Source of the DNA: Catajapyx aquilonaris
Taxonomy: Eukaryota
DNA length: 64,000 bases
Direction: 5' to 3'
Assembly: GCA_000934665.2 (NCBI GenBank)
Contig: JYFJ02001264.1
Coordinates: 1 to 64,000 of the forward strand
Part shown: piece by piece, positions 12,428 through 26,100 of the stretch
Position numbering within the stretch: position 1 is the first letter of the stretch
Layout: each line of letters starts with the position of its first letter
Position numbers and translations under genes: made by a program
The notes under the pieces: model-generated
The model's database searches: none
What the model saw: only the letters and a program-made list of their open reading frames with translations
Told to the model about the DNA's origin: nothing

Positions 12428-15400
12428 TCAGTCGGAGGTACCGACTTATGCGTGTGTCACTTTTTTTTGACACCAGCAACTTACCCAGTGTGTGTTCCTC
12501 CTCTAGAGAGCCCACTTCCTTGGAAGGATGATTATGTAAATGACATAATGTTGTCTGCCGTGTGTTAATGACGCGGCGTTTAGAAGGGAGCGGAGTTAGT
12601 GAGGCAAAAGAAGGAGAGTGAGTGAGTGCATGGGCTGGCTGGCAGATGAGATGAGCAAAAGAAGGCAAGAGCGAGAGGAAGCTTTGGGAAGTGGCTAAAC
12701 GAAGTTGCGCTGCAGACTCAATTTTGCGACGACCCCAGGGGTAATTTGGTAGTCATAAGTCGTTATGGGGGAGTTGCCGGGTGAGGAACGGGGTATAGCG
12801 AGGGGCATCCGGCGGAATTTGACAAAGGTTTGACTCGCTTATGCAAAATGCATCGGGAGCTTTGGATGGTGGGGGAATGACGAATCCCAAGCCGGGTATT
12901 GGGTGTTCTCTCTCTAGGGCGCTGGGCTGACCCGCAGTTTTTTCTCGCACAGTGATGCATTGCTTTTCTGCCTAGGAATGCTCCTCTGCCTGCTCCCTCA
13001 TAAAGCTTGACCAACACATAACCAATGGCATGGCGATCCATCATGGCAGACCCTTTTTCTGTGGTGGCGGCAACAGCAACGCCCTCTTTTTTTTCCGTCG
13101 AATAATATTCCAGGGGTTAAGTTTACGCGAGATAAATCTGCTCGGCTTCCAACCGAGGATTCTTGCGGTTCCAGGTGATTTCCCCTCAGCCAGGCTCGAT
13201 TAACCGAGCGGATGCGGCTAGGTAGGTTTTCTTTGTCGCAATGTCTCTGCAACCGCGAAGCTTGTTTGCATACGGCAAAAAATTGCGGTTTGTCGCAATG
13301 GGCTTAATTTTCCATTTATGGTAGGGTTTAACAGGTTTACGACGTATGGCAAATTTTGCTAATCAGGGTTGCCGTGACGCGGATTAATGACTAAGGCGGA
13401 TTGCTACCTGGGAACTCACGCAGGCACAAATATTGCGATTCCGGTTCGAGGAGGAAGTGGCGATAACTCTGGTTTCCCGGGGCCGCTTTTGGCGACGAAT
13501 TATGCTCAAAGTTTGGTGGGAGGAAATGTACAAACTAGTGTTTTGTGCACGACCTGTCGATGCTTGTGACTCTGAATTGGTTGGCTCGTTTGCCAAAATT
13601 TTCATGGGCCCGTTTCTTGTTAAAAACTCGTATATTTTTGCAAACATGCTGTTTCGGGCTGGGGTGTGTCAGCAATTTAAAATAATGCGATTTGTCATGC
13701 GAAACGGTTGCAGTCTCCTGCTTTTTTTGTTTTATCGCCAACGCCAATATTAAAACCTGTCCATGTATTCCCTACGTGTCTCTCATCGTGGGTATTAGTT
13801 GCAGTTCCTCCGCTACAAAATAATGTTCGCATTGTCTCCGCTTTTTGTCCATAAAACACTACACTGGCCAAATGGGTCCGGTCCTTTACAGGCGGTGAAT
13901 GCCAAATTGGCAGATTGTTCCCCATAAAAATGGGCAAGCCAGTGCACATACCGTGTACAGTTGGGAACAGATGTTCAATGCAGCGATTTCCTATATGGGT
14001 CCACCTTGGACAGTTTTGTCCATGCACACGTGAAGCCAAGGGGTACAATGACTAGGCCGCATCCAGGAGGAAAGAGGCCGTCATGTGACTGCAACGACGT
14101 CGTTGTCCGAGTTACTAGTATCGGGGAATCGGTTTTACGGACCGTTAATTCGGGGCTGGTCCTCCCCTGGATTTTTTTTTGGGAGGGTAGAGGTTGCTGG
14201 AAAATAATAACAGGACAGGTCCCGGATTCTGGAGTGGACAGTCAGACAACGGGGTGGGATTATATATAGAAGGTGTGGGGGCGGCAGTTTTCATCCTGCG
14301 CGACCCATTTACATATGAATCTGATTATTACTTGCCATGTTGTTGCAGAGGGTTGGTGGGTTTTGCAAGTTTGCGGATCTTCCCCTCCCACACCCATCGG
14401 GGGGGATTGCAATTTGGGATTTTTTTTTTAATCCGCGGATACAAACAAACGAACAAATCAGCCGGGCTTGGAAATTTGCGTCGGACTCCCACGATGGCTC
14501 ACGGGACACTAGCTGAACTGCACGTTTTCAAAGATAATGTTTGGTCGGATTAGCAGCATGAAACATACTGCTGTTAGTCATAAGCAAAAATGCAGTTTGC
14601 GGAAATTAATCTGTTGCGGAGTTGAATGGGATGCATTTTCGGGGTCTGAGAGGTTTCGTCACGTCCAGATGAAGATAGATTTCTGTTTTGGGTGCCTGTT
14701 GGGATAATGGTCGATTGGGATGGGAAGAATGGGGATTGCTGCTGTTGGAAGGGGACACATCTCTCTTCTCATCAAAACTCAATCGTGCTTTCCATTTGAG
14801 GCTTGATTCTTCCGAGGCGTTCGGTTCGGCTCACTCATTCCCGAGTTTGTCACTGTCAGATTTACAGATTTACGTGTCGAGCTCTCTCGAGAGGACCTGG
14901 CTTGAGGGGTCATTACTGGTGGGTCGTGCCATTTTTTTCCGATAAGGCTTGTGTTTGTTTGAAATTCTGCGGTGATGAGGTGAGAATGCGGCTTATTATT
15001 AATTATAGCGCTATTAAACCGTGGTAATAATCGATACAAGTGGCTTTGAATGTGGACATTTCACGGTTCCGCGGAAATTGTGAAAAGATGCGGGGAGTTG
15101 GAAAAAAATGGGTTACGACCCCCATGTGACGGCTATATGGATGCAAAACTCGGTTTACTTTCAGGGGTGTGCCCGAAGGCAAAAAAAAATCATACAACTT
15201 ACGGTGAATGCATACTTGTTGATGCTCAGTGAAGCGCCAAAAAAGCGAAGATGCTACAGTTGCGACGAGAGGCTTTCAGTTCGCGTAATGTGTTTATCGT
15301 GTTGGGGCAGACAAGGGAAAAGAGGCACGTAGAGAGTATATAACGAAATAGGGTATATTCCCAGGCCCTTTTCTAATGGACAAATATTTCCTTTCTGGCG

Positions 15401-15567
15401 GAATAATTCGATTACTTTTGCGACGTGCTCCGCCCTGAATCTCCCAGACTACCCATACCTTCCGCTTCCTCTTTGATTCCATTTCCACATAATTCTGTTT
15501 TTTGACGGGATCTGATATGAATAGACCAGAATAACATTTTCTGCAAACTGAAGACTCCGCTTGCACT

Positions 15568-15572
<5 letters not shown>

Positions 15573-15618
<46 letters not shown>
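15573..15618 (+). repeat. (TC)23 microsatellite
   Basis: Perfect dinucleotide run read directly from the sequence. Confidence 0.95.
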
Positions 15619-15625
<7 letters not shown>

Positions 15626-18600
15626 CAGGCCCGGAAAATACCTTTCGATTTTTTTTAAACTTCCAGTTTTGATTTAAATGACGACTTCTGGTGCGGGAGA
15701 AAACACCGTTATTGCCCCCTTTACCGTTCCTCAGAAGTTAGAACTTTTTTTTACACCGGTGTGCGCAGTGTGATGCACATAGCGTCGCTTCGCATCACAT
15801 CTGACGTACTACTTTATTCAGGCAAGCCCTCCTCCTCCTCCTCGAGCATCCAGAAGCAATTAATCATGCTACTCCGTATGGAGAAGAAGGCAAGCGCATT
15901 AGCTAGTCGGGGTGTAACAGCACGCCGGCACCAAAAATAATGACCGCACCAAAATAAAGTATGATAATAGGGCCTATTACCCTCCTCAAATTTTTCTCGC
16001 CATCTCAGACGAAAAAACTAGGCACTGCTCCGATTCGCATAAACGCTCTGGAATAAATCTGCATCAGCTAAATCCACAGAAAAAGAGGGGTTCACGATAG
16101 TTTCTTACTGCGGAGATGTTTTATTAGCCCAATGTCTAGTGGCCTATTATACAGTATATAGGAATGTGTTCTTCATTTTGTTCATTACAAATTGGTACAA
16201 AATGAAGCTAAAAATCAATTCCGGAATATCTGAAGTTGCGTTCATTTGAATTTTTTTGAAGTGAAAATCGGCCTTATTGTAGGAGATTCGTGTCAGTGTG
16301 CGAGATTCCGTTTCTGGCAGGCTGTTCGAGAGAAGAGAGGGAAAAATGGCCGTTATTCTAGAAGGACAGTTGGAAAAAAGCAGGGAGTTTGGGGAGGGAG
16401 GGTGTAATCTGGTAGCATGGGCTGGTGCACAGGGAGTTTTATCGCCGGGAAGAGCGGAAAACCAACTGGCCATTCTTCACCGGCAGCTCATTTCTCATCA
16501 GCTGTCATTAGGGAGAAGCTTCGATCCATCGGGAGGGGGGGGGGGAGTGCCCCTCTTATCCTCCGGTTCCTCCCCACGTCTTTTTCTCTCCTGCAATTTC
16601 GGCAAGTCCGCGACACTGATGTACGTCCAGGTTGAGCACAGCTTCACCACCATCTCCACCACCCCCCTCACCCAATCAGACCTATGCAAATCCCAGGGCA
16701 TGTTGGCCTTTTCTATACGCACAGGTTATTGACAGCCAATTCCACGTGGGAGCCATGAAGGAAGAGGACAAGTGACATTGATGACACTCCGGAGGGAACG
16801 GATCATTAGCCTCCAGGGATGAGGGGTGGTGTATAGGGAAAAAAACGGGGGGCCTTAATGTCATTCAGTAGCAATGTAATCCTCTCTTTTTTGCTATGCA
16901 TGCAATCCTTCGAGTCGATAAAGTAATTATAATAGTCGTTCGGAAGGCCCATTAAAGATTTGTTGGCACCTATCTTTAAACGACCTTGCCGAAAAGTTTT
17001 TTTTTTTCCTTCGGTGGGTTAGAATAAGGCAAAAGCTTTTTCTTTGTCGCCACCTGGAGTTTTGCTGCATCGGCTCGAGGCCCCCAGGTCGTTGGAAAAG
17101 CACTGATATTAAGCGCCGTCCTGGAGATGGAGATCTCTACTTAATTAAGTCGTTCCATAGCGCGTCACGTGAGGCTCCTAATATTCCCCCCAACGAGATG
17201 GAAGATTGCTGCAGAGTCCATCAGGGTTAGTCCACGATCACTTCCAAAACTTGATGTCTGCGCGTCCCTTGCACGCCAACCAAGCTGGTTATGGCCTGGG
17301 TCACACATCTACTATACTATATAGCTCTGGGGTTTGTGTGGTCGTCAGATGGGGGTGGGGGAGGCCTGCGGTTTGTAGTTGGGAGTCTTTGGTCATCGGT
17401 CATTGCCTCGGCCGGAGGAAATGGGGCTCAATGGCCGTCAACAGTTCCTCCATCGCTTTCTATATATCCCTCTCAACAGCCATTCGAGCCCCAACCATGG
17501 CCGCTTTCAGACCTTTTATCGTCACATTAGCGTCACGTATAACGCGACTATAATCTGCCGAACCTTTTTTTACGTGCTCTTCCTCGTTTTGAAATCTGAC
17601 TGTTCATTTTGATGCGTTCGAAGTCAGATGATTTTTTAAAAATTGTCTGCGTCCACAATATTTTCTCGAACTCCTTACCTGACGGAGTTAAGAAATGTCT
17701 TGCGTGTCTTGGAACGTTAGAGTATTTACTTTATTGAATCAGTTCCGTTTAAAGCTCTCCAAGGCATGTACTGTGCCAACCTGTTGAGATAGCATCTGTG
17801 AAACATTGTCTTGGAGGCAACCTGATCGTTTGATCACGTGAATGAAATTATTAGGGAAATGTATAGCTATGTCCTATAACGTTGTATGGCACTGTTTTGA
17901 GGAAGAAGGACCTTCCTACTTGTTTCATAATGGCATTTAAATAATGCCAATATCGCGCAGAAAAATAAACGACTATGACATTTTTGTGGATTGCATGTTC
18001 TGCTACGAGCTGTTAGGATACATTTCATAGTTTCAGCAACCAGACGCGAAATGCACCGTCTGATGGATGGTTGATAGATGACTATACTTGGCATACGTGT
18101 CCTCAACCCCTGCATTGTTCAGCCTCGATAGTCGCTTTTGGGAGCACATCGGTCAATGTATAGTAAAGAGGTAGAAAACACGAGCGCTCGTGATAAAGCG
18201 ACAGGAGCGTCACGGCCATTTACCATGAAAGCGAGCTCTTTGCAACAGCGCGTAGTCATGTCGGTGGCCAAGCTGGAAAAAAAGTTCAAAAAAAATAAAA
18301 AAGCGCTAGTAGGGTGGGCTTGAGAGCAGTAGGAAAACGTAAATAAATGATAGACCTTCGGGTCTTGCTCGAAATTGGCGTAATAGGGTGGCACACGGGA
18401 GAGCACCTCATTTCCAGGCGAGTTTGAAGAGGGGGGATTTTTCTTCATCTCCGCCAAGGACTCTCCGCTTAAGTGCGACTCCATCACTGTCAAGACTACT
18501 CGGAATGGGCCTTTTCCCTCCCGACAATATTTACCTCTCACAAAATTCTAATGCAGAGTTTTAGCATCGTTATGTTGTGGAAAAAAGGAGGGAGGCTGCT

Positions 18601-21600
18601 ACTGTCATGGTGAACCGCTCTGGTGTATATTGCAGATGCTAGGTGACCCCGGAGTGTGTATATATTCGGCTCAGAAAAGTAACCCGTGTGTTTTCCACTT
18701 GCCGCTTCTGTGACAACCCGCTCCTGGCTTGAAATATGCATTTTCTCGCCAAGCGAGAGAGAAAGAGCAGAGGGAAAAGCTGAAGCTCAAGAGGATTACC
18801 TGTTTCTAGGAATTGCTTCCGCTTTGATTTCCAGGCGGATGTTACTGTAAGGCTCTCCTCTGTGTGTTTTGCGGAGGGGGAGATTAGTAAATGTGCGGCC
18901 TGTCTGAAAACTATCATTCAACGGCGTAGCGCTGGAAAAGGGTTTCTGGCCTTCCAGCCATGTTTAAATATTGAAAAACAATATTGAAGTCTCGTTGCTC
19001 AACCCCATTTACTTTTCGTACCCGGGGAAAAACAGGAATTAATTTACCGTGTTTGCGGGGCCCTCCCAATCCAATATGTCGCTGTGTTTGTCATATTTGA
19101 TATGCAACCAGCCATTTCATCTGTGCGGGTTTCAGGCTATGTATGCGTAAAATGGCATGTCAAGGTACGATAGCATCTTGTACTGGCGAGGCTCTCTGAA
19201 TTATATTTCGAGTGTTTTTTTCGACTTGAAACTTTACATGTTATTCAAATTGACGATAAAAATTGGTTGGTGTCAGTTTTGATACAATCTTCACTCAAGC
19301 GCATTCCCTGTTGAGGTAAACTTTGCAGCAGTGTATCTCACAAGACATCAACAGCAAATTGTGTACCTAAAGGGACTGCACAACCCCTCGTTTCAATAAC
19401 ACTGCTGCTTATCTATCCTTGAATCTCGCTACTCCAACAAGCCCTCGGATTATACAGCCGACTAGAGAGAAGTTGGGAGAAGTCGGCCCCAAGCAATGCT
19501 TGCATTGGACGTTGAGTAGATCCGGGTCAAAGGGTAGCCAACCAGTTAAGAAATCACAAGCTCAGTTGCAGAGAAACCTCACCTTTTAAAAAACCAGCAG
19601 TCTCAGCATCAAGGATGACACTCCTTCCTGCTGGCAAAGCAAGCTTTAGCCTCATTTGACCCCTCGGGGGTCGGTAAATCCAGTCAGGCGAGATATCGAA
19701 TGAAATGAGCCATTTTACCGAGAGCTTCCTGGACACTTCCCACGCGTTAGCACACTTTGCGCCAAAACCGCGGGTTTTAGGAGGAGGCCCAGCAGTCCAT
19801 TCCCTCCACACCCCCCTTTTCCACATACTAACAGAGAGTATATATCGTACTGTATATATAGAGAGGGAGCCATCATCTCCTCCTCTGCGTCCAACCAATG
19901 CTTTCGTATTCACAGCGTTATTTGTTAAACAAACGTGTAGCTGTTGAATTATTCAGGAACAATGGAGTTGGACATAATGAAGCTCTTTTGTGCGGGATTA
20001 GCCTGTTTCGGGGAGGGTTAGAAGCCCAGTCAGGAGGAACCTCTCTATTCGTCTCTTGTGGCTTGCGTGTGCGATGCCGGCTATGCACTGCGCGTTTTGT
20101 GTGTGTTGAATCCTTGGCCCGGGCACGTGTGGAGGACCCCAACATGCTCTCTGTGCCGTGCCATAATGGTCTCTGAGAGGTGCTTTGTTAATTTAGCGCT
20201 TAAAAACATCGTGATTGCAGCCGCGGACCTTAAAACTTCATTTCAAAGCTGCTGTTGTCAGCCTCGACTTTTGCCCCGGTTGTTGCATAATAGAAAAGGC
20301 GAGAGGGGTCGACCTCTCTGGTGCTGTGTCGCCGAAATGTCGTTTTTTTTCTGCCATTGCCGCAATCCCCTCATGACGTCAACCTCCTCCATAAAAATGT
20401 TAATACGTTTTCAAAATTCAGTTTGGCACTCCCCCTGTAATTCTGCCCCCGGATCGCAGTAACTGTGACTGCGCACTAAATCACTCATTCGGAACCACTT
20501 TGCACCATATTGTCGACTTGATTTACACAAGTGGAAAGCGAGGCATTAGAGTCCAATGGAGGGGACCGAAAAGATGAGCCTTCCGATATTGTGGGTATGA
20601 ATATGAGGGTTGGGTATATACGGGTAAAAAAAGGGATGGTAGGTTCTTAATTTAATGAAGAGGGGTGCCGAGGCGTTATAATAGAGTGGAGTAAGTAATC
20701 CTCCCCTCTTTTTTACCCCAATGGAGAGCCACTCTGCTTGATGGCGGATGACTCACTTGAATGCCCGATCCTATTAAACCGTTTCTGCCCGAAGCGTCTC
20801 TGAAAGATCCGCAATACCCACGCACAGCTACAGGGGGAAAAAAAACGGGACTGAAAATCCCGATATATTTGCGAGCTTTTCCAATACCCGGACTTACTTC
20901 GGGGAAACGCACTCTTTTTTAAACCACCCTAGAGTCAGATTAGTTAAAGGCTAGGCGAGTGAGGAGAATCCCGAAGGAGGATGAGAGAGAAAAAAAACGG
21001 AAAAGAAAATCCGCTTCCGTATAGGATTAAAGTTCTTTTCTTTCTTACGGACTTGCGACACCTGCGGACAAAGTTTTTTCCACAGTTTGACCATGAATCC
21101 AAGCCGCAATCCGACTTTCTCGGGGAGCTACATTTTCCTCACTTTCCTAGAAAAAAAAGACATTTTATGGCCAAGACTTATAAGGTTAGAAATTACGGTT
21201 GTCGTTGCAAACTTTTTTTGGGGGGGTTCCTTTGCTTGTTTTGCCCCCGTTTCCTGCTCGCCTTCGGATCTCATTCGTTTTCGGTAGCGACTCGCGGCTT
21301 AATGCGCGGGGAAATGAGGCTTCCCTATCCTAGAAAAAGCAGCTGCGAAAAAATAAGACTGGCCATTAGTAGCCAGTAGTGTTATTCCCTCAGGCAGAGG
21401 CCATACCGGGGTTATGTACAAAAAATGCATGGGAAATTGACCGCTTGCCCAATTCTTTGTCTGGGGGGAAGCGGATTATTCATATGGATTTTCCTTTCCT
21501 ATGTGTTGTTTTTTAGGTGGAAGAAGGTTCCACTCACAGTCAGCTCAAGTGCTGATTTTTCCTAACTTTTTTGGCACGTTTCTCACGCCTCGACAGGGGG

Positions 21601-21883
21601 GAGAACATGACATAACTGCGCATTGGAATTTTTCATTATGGGCTTTTTGCTTATGGACTCCTCGTACTCACTCTAAATGTTTTGCATAGCCCTTTTATGA
21701 TGGAGGTTTAGTGAGATGCTCGGTGTTCGTGTTAACGTATGCAGTTGCGCCTGTGCTGCATAATAGTTTAACGGGGTTTTGATTGCCTACATTTCCCAGT
21801 CTTGTATTAATTTCTAAAACCGGAAGATATTTCCTGGCAAGTTTGGATGGGGAAAGCCTGCTTATCATATAATGCAAGAGAAG

Positions 21884-21941
21884 GCAGCAGCAGGAGAAGG
21901 TGTGTATATATGAAGGAAGCAGCAGCAGCAGCAGGAGAAGG
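21884..21941 (+). repeat. Short direct duplication, 2 x GCAGCAGCAGGAGAAGG with (GCA)n expansion
   Basis: Copies at 21884-21900 and 21925-21941. Confidence 0.8.
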
Positions 21942-23015
21942 AATGCTTCTCCCACAGCTTATTAGTGCACTGAGTGGCACTGAGGAAATCACTTGCGCAT
22001 TCCATGCAATGCCTATGGGTCCAAAAGTCTCTCATCCAGGAAGGACTCTGTCAAAAAGGGATGCCTCATTCAGAATTAATTGCGCCGGGAATTAAGATTG
22101 AGCTTGCTGCACTGCTACTGTAACCTCAAGGGCCAAGTGCCCGCAACGGAAGGACAGCTCGAATAATATTGCAACCTTGTGATGTGTCTGGATCAATGTT
22201 TTATTTCATGCTTTTCATGGGACATCAATAATAATAAAATCCTTCGTTGTAGGACCGATTGGCCCCCGTTCTGCGCATGCGCAATGGAAAGAGGCAGCGC
22301 CTCTGGTGGGTGGGAGGAGGAACTATAGTTATCTGATAAAAATGGCAATGTGCGCCTACTGTAATTGGCGCTTTACGCCGGGTCTGGGCACGTAATTATG
22401 ATTAGATTCAAGGTAAAACTAGAGGGCATTATTTTCCGGTCCGGCGATTTCCCCGGGACGGACAGAAGACGGCGCCTGCAGTTAACCGGACTGTATGCGG
22501 CGCAACGTGATGATTCCGAAACGACGCTCGTAATGAAATGAAAAGGCGGCCCCGTGTAGTTGGGCCACTACATAAGCTCACTTGGCTGCTTTTATTTTAT
22601 TGCGCCAGGCAAACAAGGTTTTGTCCGGACAATTTCCGCCGGCACGAAATTGCTTTCGGCTGCTCGGTATTTAAGGACGGTTTTGTGACTGCCAGATTAG
22701 ATTGTTATTAAGTTAGCGGCGAATCTCCTCGGGCCAGCTTGGATTGGAGTCTGGGATAATTTCTTCTATCCTCCCGTGTCATTAGATTGGGAAATTCAGC
22801 ATCGTATGATACAAACAGCATGCGTCGTCGATCATGGATAAATATCCGATTACCACTCTGCACCATCAACTTCTGCAGGGTAGGAAATTACTCCCCGAGA
22901 GGAAGGGGAACTAACCACCATTCTTCTAGTGGTGATTTATCCTTCCAGCTCGTCAAGCAACTGTTAATTACATGTAACTGCACCCAAACTTAATTGACTC
23001 GCAGGCATGACCCTA

Positions 23016-23147
23016 TCTCTATTAGAAAGTTTGTACGTATGTTTGTATGTCCGGGCTACCTAACCCACTGTCAAACTACTGAGAGCACTGAAACTTGGCA
23101 CACCGATGTCTTACATGATTAAGGAAGCAGTCCGAAGACTGCACTAT
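23016..23147 (+). mobile_element. Possible short non-autonomous Helitron-like remnant
   Basis: Starts A|TC, has a GTWY-type microsatellite (GTTTGTACGTATGTTTGTATGTCC) and GAAACTTGGCAC. Ends with a perfect hairpin GCAGTC-CGAA-GACTGC (23127-23142) followed by ACTAT, one mismatch from the Helitron CTRR end. Confidence 0.4.
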
Positions 23148-26100
23148 TAATGTTAAGTCTAAACTATTGGAACATGTACAATATTTGTACTAGTTTATCC
23201 ATATTGCTGATGACATTCAGCACATATAGCACATTGCAAAGTGTGAATAAATAAAGTGAAAAAGAGATAATCCTGTACTCTTGAGTGCGAAATGAAATAT
23301 TCATAAGGGCCTCTTTCGCGCTGTTGATCGCCCTATTGAACCGCACTTGTTTTGCGATGGAGGGTCCTGTTGGAGTGTTAATTATGGATCTCGGGATCGG
23401 TAAACATTTACAATTTACGGGTTGATTGACTAACAACGCGCATCACTTATACAAGGGGATTGGTGGAAATCCTTTCAAAGTGCGGGCATGCCATTCCCCA
23501 GCGGTTATTTTTATCGATAGTCTTGTGAAAATTGCAGCCGGATGCTAGATTATGAAAATGGTCGTACCGCATAATTAATATGTTGTGCCAATTTCTGCAG
23601 GGAATTGTTGTTGCTGACATTTTGACTTGTTTATTTTTGTGAAAAACTACTTTAAACTGCAGTCTATTCAACTCATATGGCTGGTTATTCATCCCTATTC
23701 CCAGTAATTCTGAGGTACGGCCCTGTTTTGGGAATATCTCTCGCCTTATCTGATTTTCCGATAAAATGTTCTGAAAATCAAGCCTCCCTAGTGCCATGTA
23801 AACGTCCTGCCCGATTGTGAAATGCAATGCACATGATAATATTAAATCACAGTTTCAGTGTACCGCCACCCCTCGTCGAAATTTAAAGCTGCTCTGTCCC
23901 CCGAAATTGAGCCGTGGATAAACGGATGATATCCCCCGCCATTATCTGCGGCCATATCGGAAGTCTCCCTTTTCTGGCGCAAAAGCGAAGAATTGAGGCA
24001 CGTTGGCGCTTTTTTTTTTTTTTAGATCCATCGTAACATGGCTGTGAAAATCCCCCTTGGCGGCCCACCTACTAGCTCGGATAGGCCTTTTTTCTACCCA
24101 CACCCTACCCTCTACCCCCCTCTTTTTTTCTTTTTTCTCTCTCTCACGACTTGCCATGGCTTGTTCGGCCATGGCTTGCAGAGTCATCAAATTTCAACGT
24201 CCCTTCCTTATCCCAGAATAATAAAACCTTCGCCGTATATAATTTATATTTCGGGTCGTAAAAATTTGCCTCCTTTCATTAAAATGGGGGGCATGGGCCA
24301 TTTTTATCAGGGCGGGAGGCTTTGCAAGGCTTAGATTCCCCCGACCTGGAGGCTGGAAGAGGAGAAAAAGGGGAGGCTCCCCAAAAATTCAGAGGGGCCA
24401 TATTAGTAGCCCGTCATGTGCAAGGTAGTACTGTAAGACTTCTTTTGTATCTATTTTATAATAGGCCAATATGAAATTACTTGTAGCAATTTAATTGCTA
24501 TTGTCTGCTCCAGGCTTAGAGCACATTAACCTAGTTTAGGATTATGTAATAATAAAATACATTGACATTGTAAATCCATACGTTAGGCACACTGTATATG
24601 GTTGGTGTTCTACTATAGTTGAACAGTCAATCTGCAGGCTACCCTGCTTCGGTTATGCAGCGTGTGAAAATTCCACGGATGCGTAAGTGTTGTGTATATC
24701 CCCGATTCTTGTTTATGCACGGCCGGTGAGCACACAAGCAAAGTTTACCATTGGCCCCAGTCTTGGTATATATCCTGACTCTGTTTGCATGTCGGCATGC
24801 TGGGCCGTTTAATTTTCATGAAGTCACATGCCATAATTTAACTTTTAGCGTTGGAGTTGCTCAAGGGAGGAAGAGTTTGGTCCGGTAATTTCCCTCAAGG
24901 TGAAATTAGCCCTCCCAAGTGCACCATAATGTAGCTACTGTAAACACATGCGCCTATGGCACCACTTTCCAAAGCGCACTCTGGAGGAGAAAAGCCCCCT
25001 TTGTTTTATGCCCTGTTGCAAGAAGCGGGGCGAAATTTTGCCAGCGGAAATGAATCGCCGTGGTTGTATGGTTCACTTTGGAACGAATTGACTGCTTAAA
25101 GGGGGTTGAAAAATTTATAAGCAGGCAGAGCCTCATGTAATCCCCAGGTGTGCTTGCACGCTGAACTAATTACAGTGCAACTTTGAACTGTTAACAGCTA
25201 GTGGTTCGGGATGAATTGCAGTAAAGGGAATCCTGATCAAACCAGCAGGCGTGAATGCTTCCCTTATTCATTATGAAAGGTATCGGGGGTCTATATATAC
25301 ACGGACCTGGGTTTAAGTCGCCTTGGTTGCGCACCACTCGGGAGATATATTGCACCTGTTAATAACCCACGGAATTCTTTTTTCCATGCCAGGGGGCTTT
25401 TCTTTCCAGAATTCAATTTTATATTGAGTGCCTACGACCCCGTTTGTTTTCGTCGGTCCCTCGGTCCCAGTTGGTAATACATGCCCCCAATTTGCATGTC
25501 GTAAAATTGTCCCTGCCCATTCGTTTTCTCTTATGGCTATTATAAATAACTTTTTTCATGTCGCCTTTTTTGTATGATTTTAAACCAGCCAGTATTTACG
25601 ATCTTGGATTTGTATAAGGTATCTTGCAGCGCATAGTTGGCAAGAATCTGGGCTCGGTGTACAGTATAACCGTGTTTAGGTCCAAGTTGTCGGCGAGCAA
25701 GGGAGTGTTCATCATCGTGAGAACGTAGCGACCTAATACTACCTGTGTTAAAATTAAGCCTCTTGGAAAAGGATGATGCTCATAATACTCTGCACACACA
25801 CTCCTTGAAGGTCTACTTCAATTAGTGGAAGGGTAATGGGTTTTGGAGGGAGGCGTCCTTGCCAGCACCACCGTGTAAATAATTACCCAGCATGCTTAAT
25901 TCACTTTCTGGACAAGGTAATGTCTTTGCATTTAAAGTTTGCAAGGGGAGGCTTGAGGTAAATATGTAGGAAGTTTTAGCAACCGCGGAGTTATGGAGCA
26001 AGCGCGCTAAGCAGGGGTAACCTCCAGGCTGGAGGGCCTTGAAATTTAACACGTTATTAGGTTTTCCTTCAGGCCGGTAATAAAATTCCGTCTCGAGGAA

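Noticed and set aside
15573..15628. (TC)n tract followed by CAG as an exon acceptor
   Set aside because: The pyrimidine tract is a microsatellite and I saw no plausible downstream exon or donor.
25297..25337. GGGTTTAAGTC...CACCA as a tRNA or SINE 3' half
   Set aside because: Imperfect B box, no A box and no cloverleaf stems.
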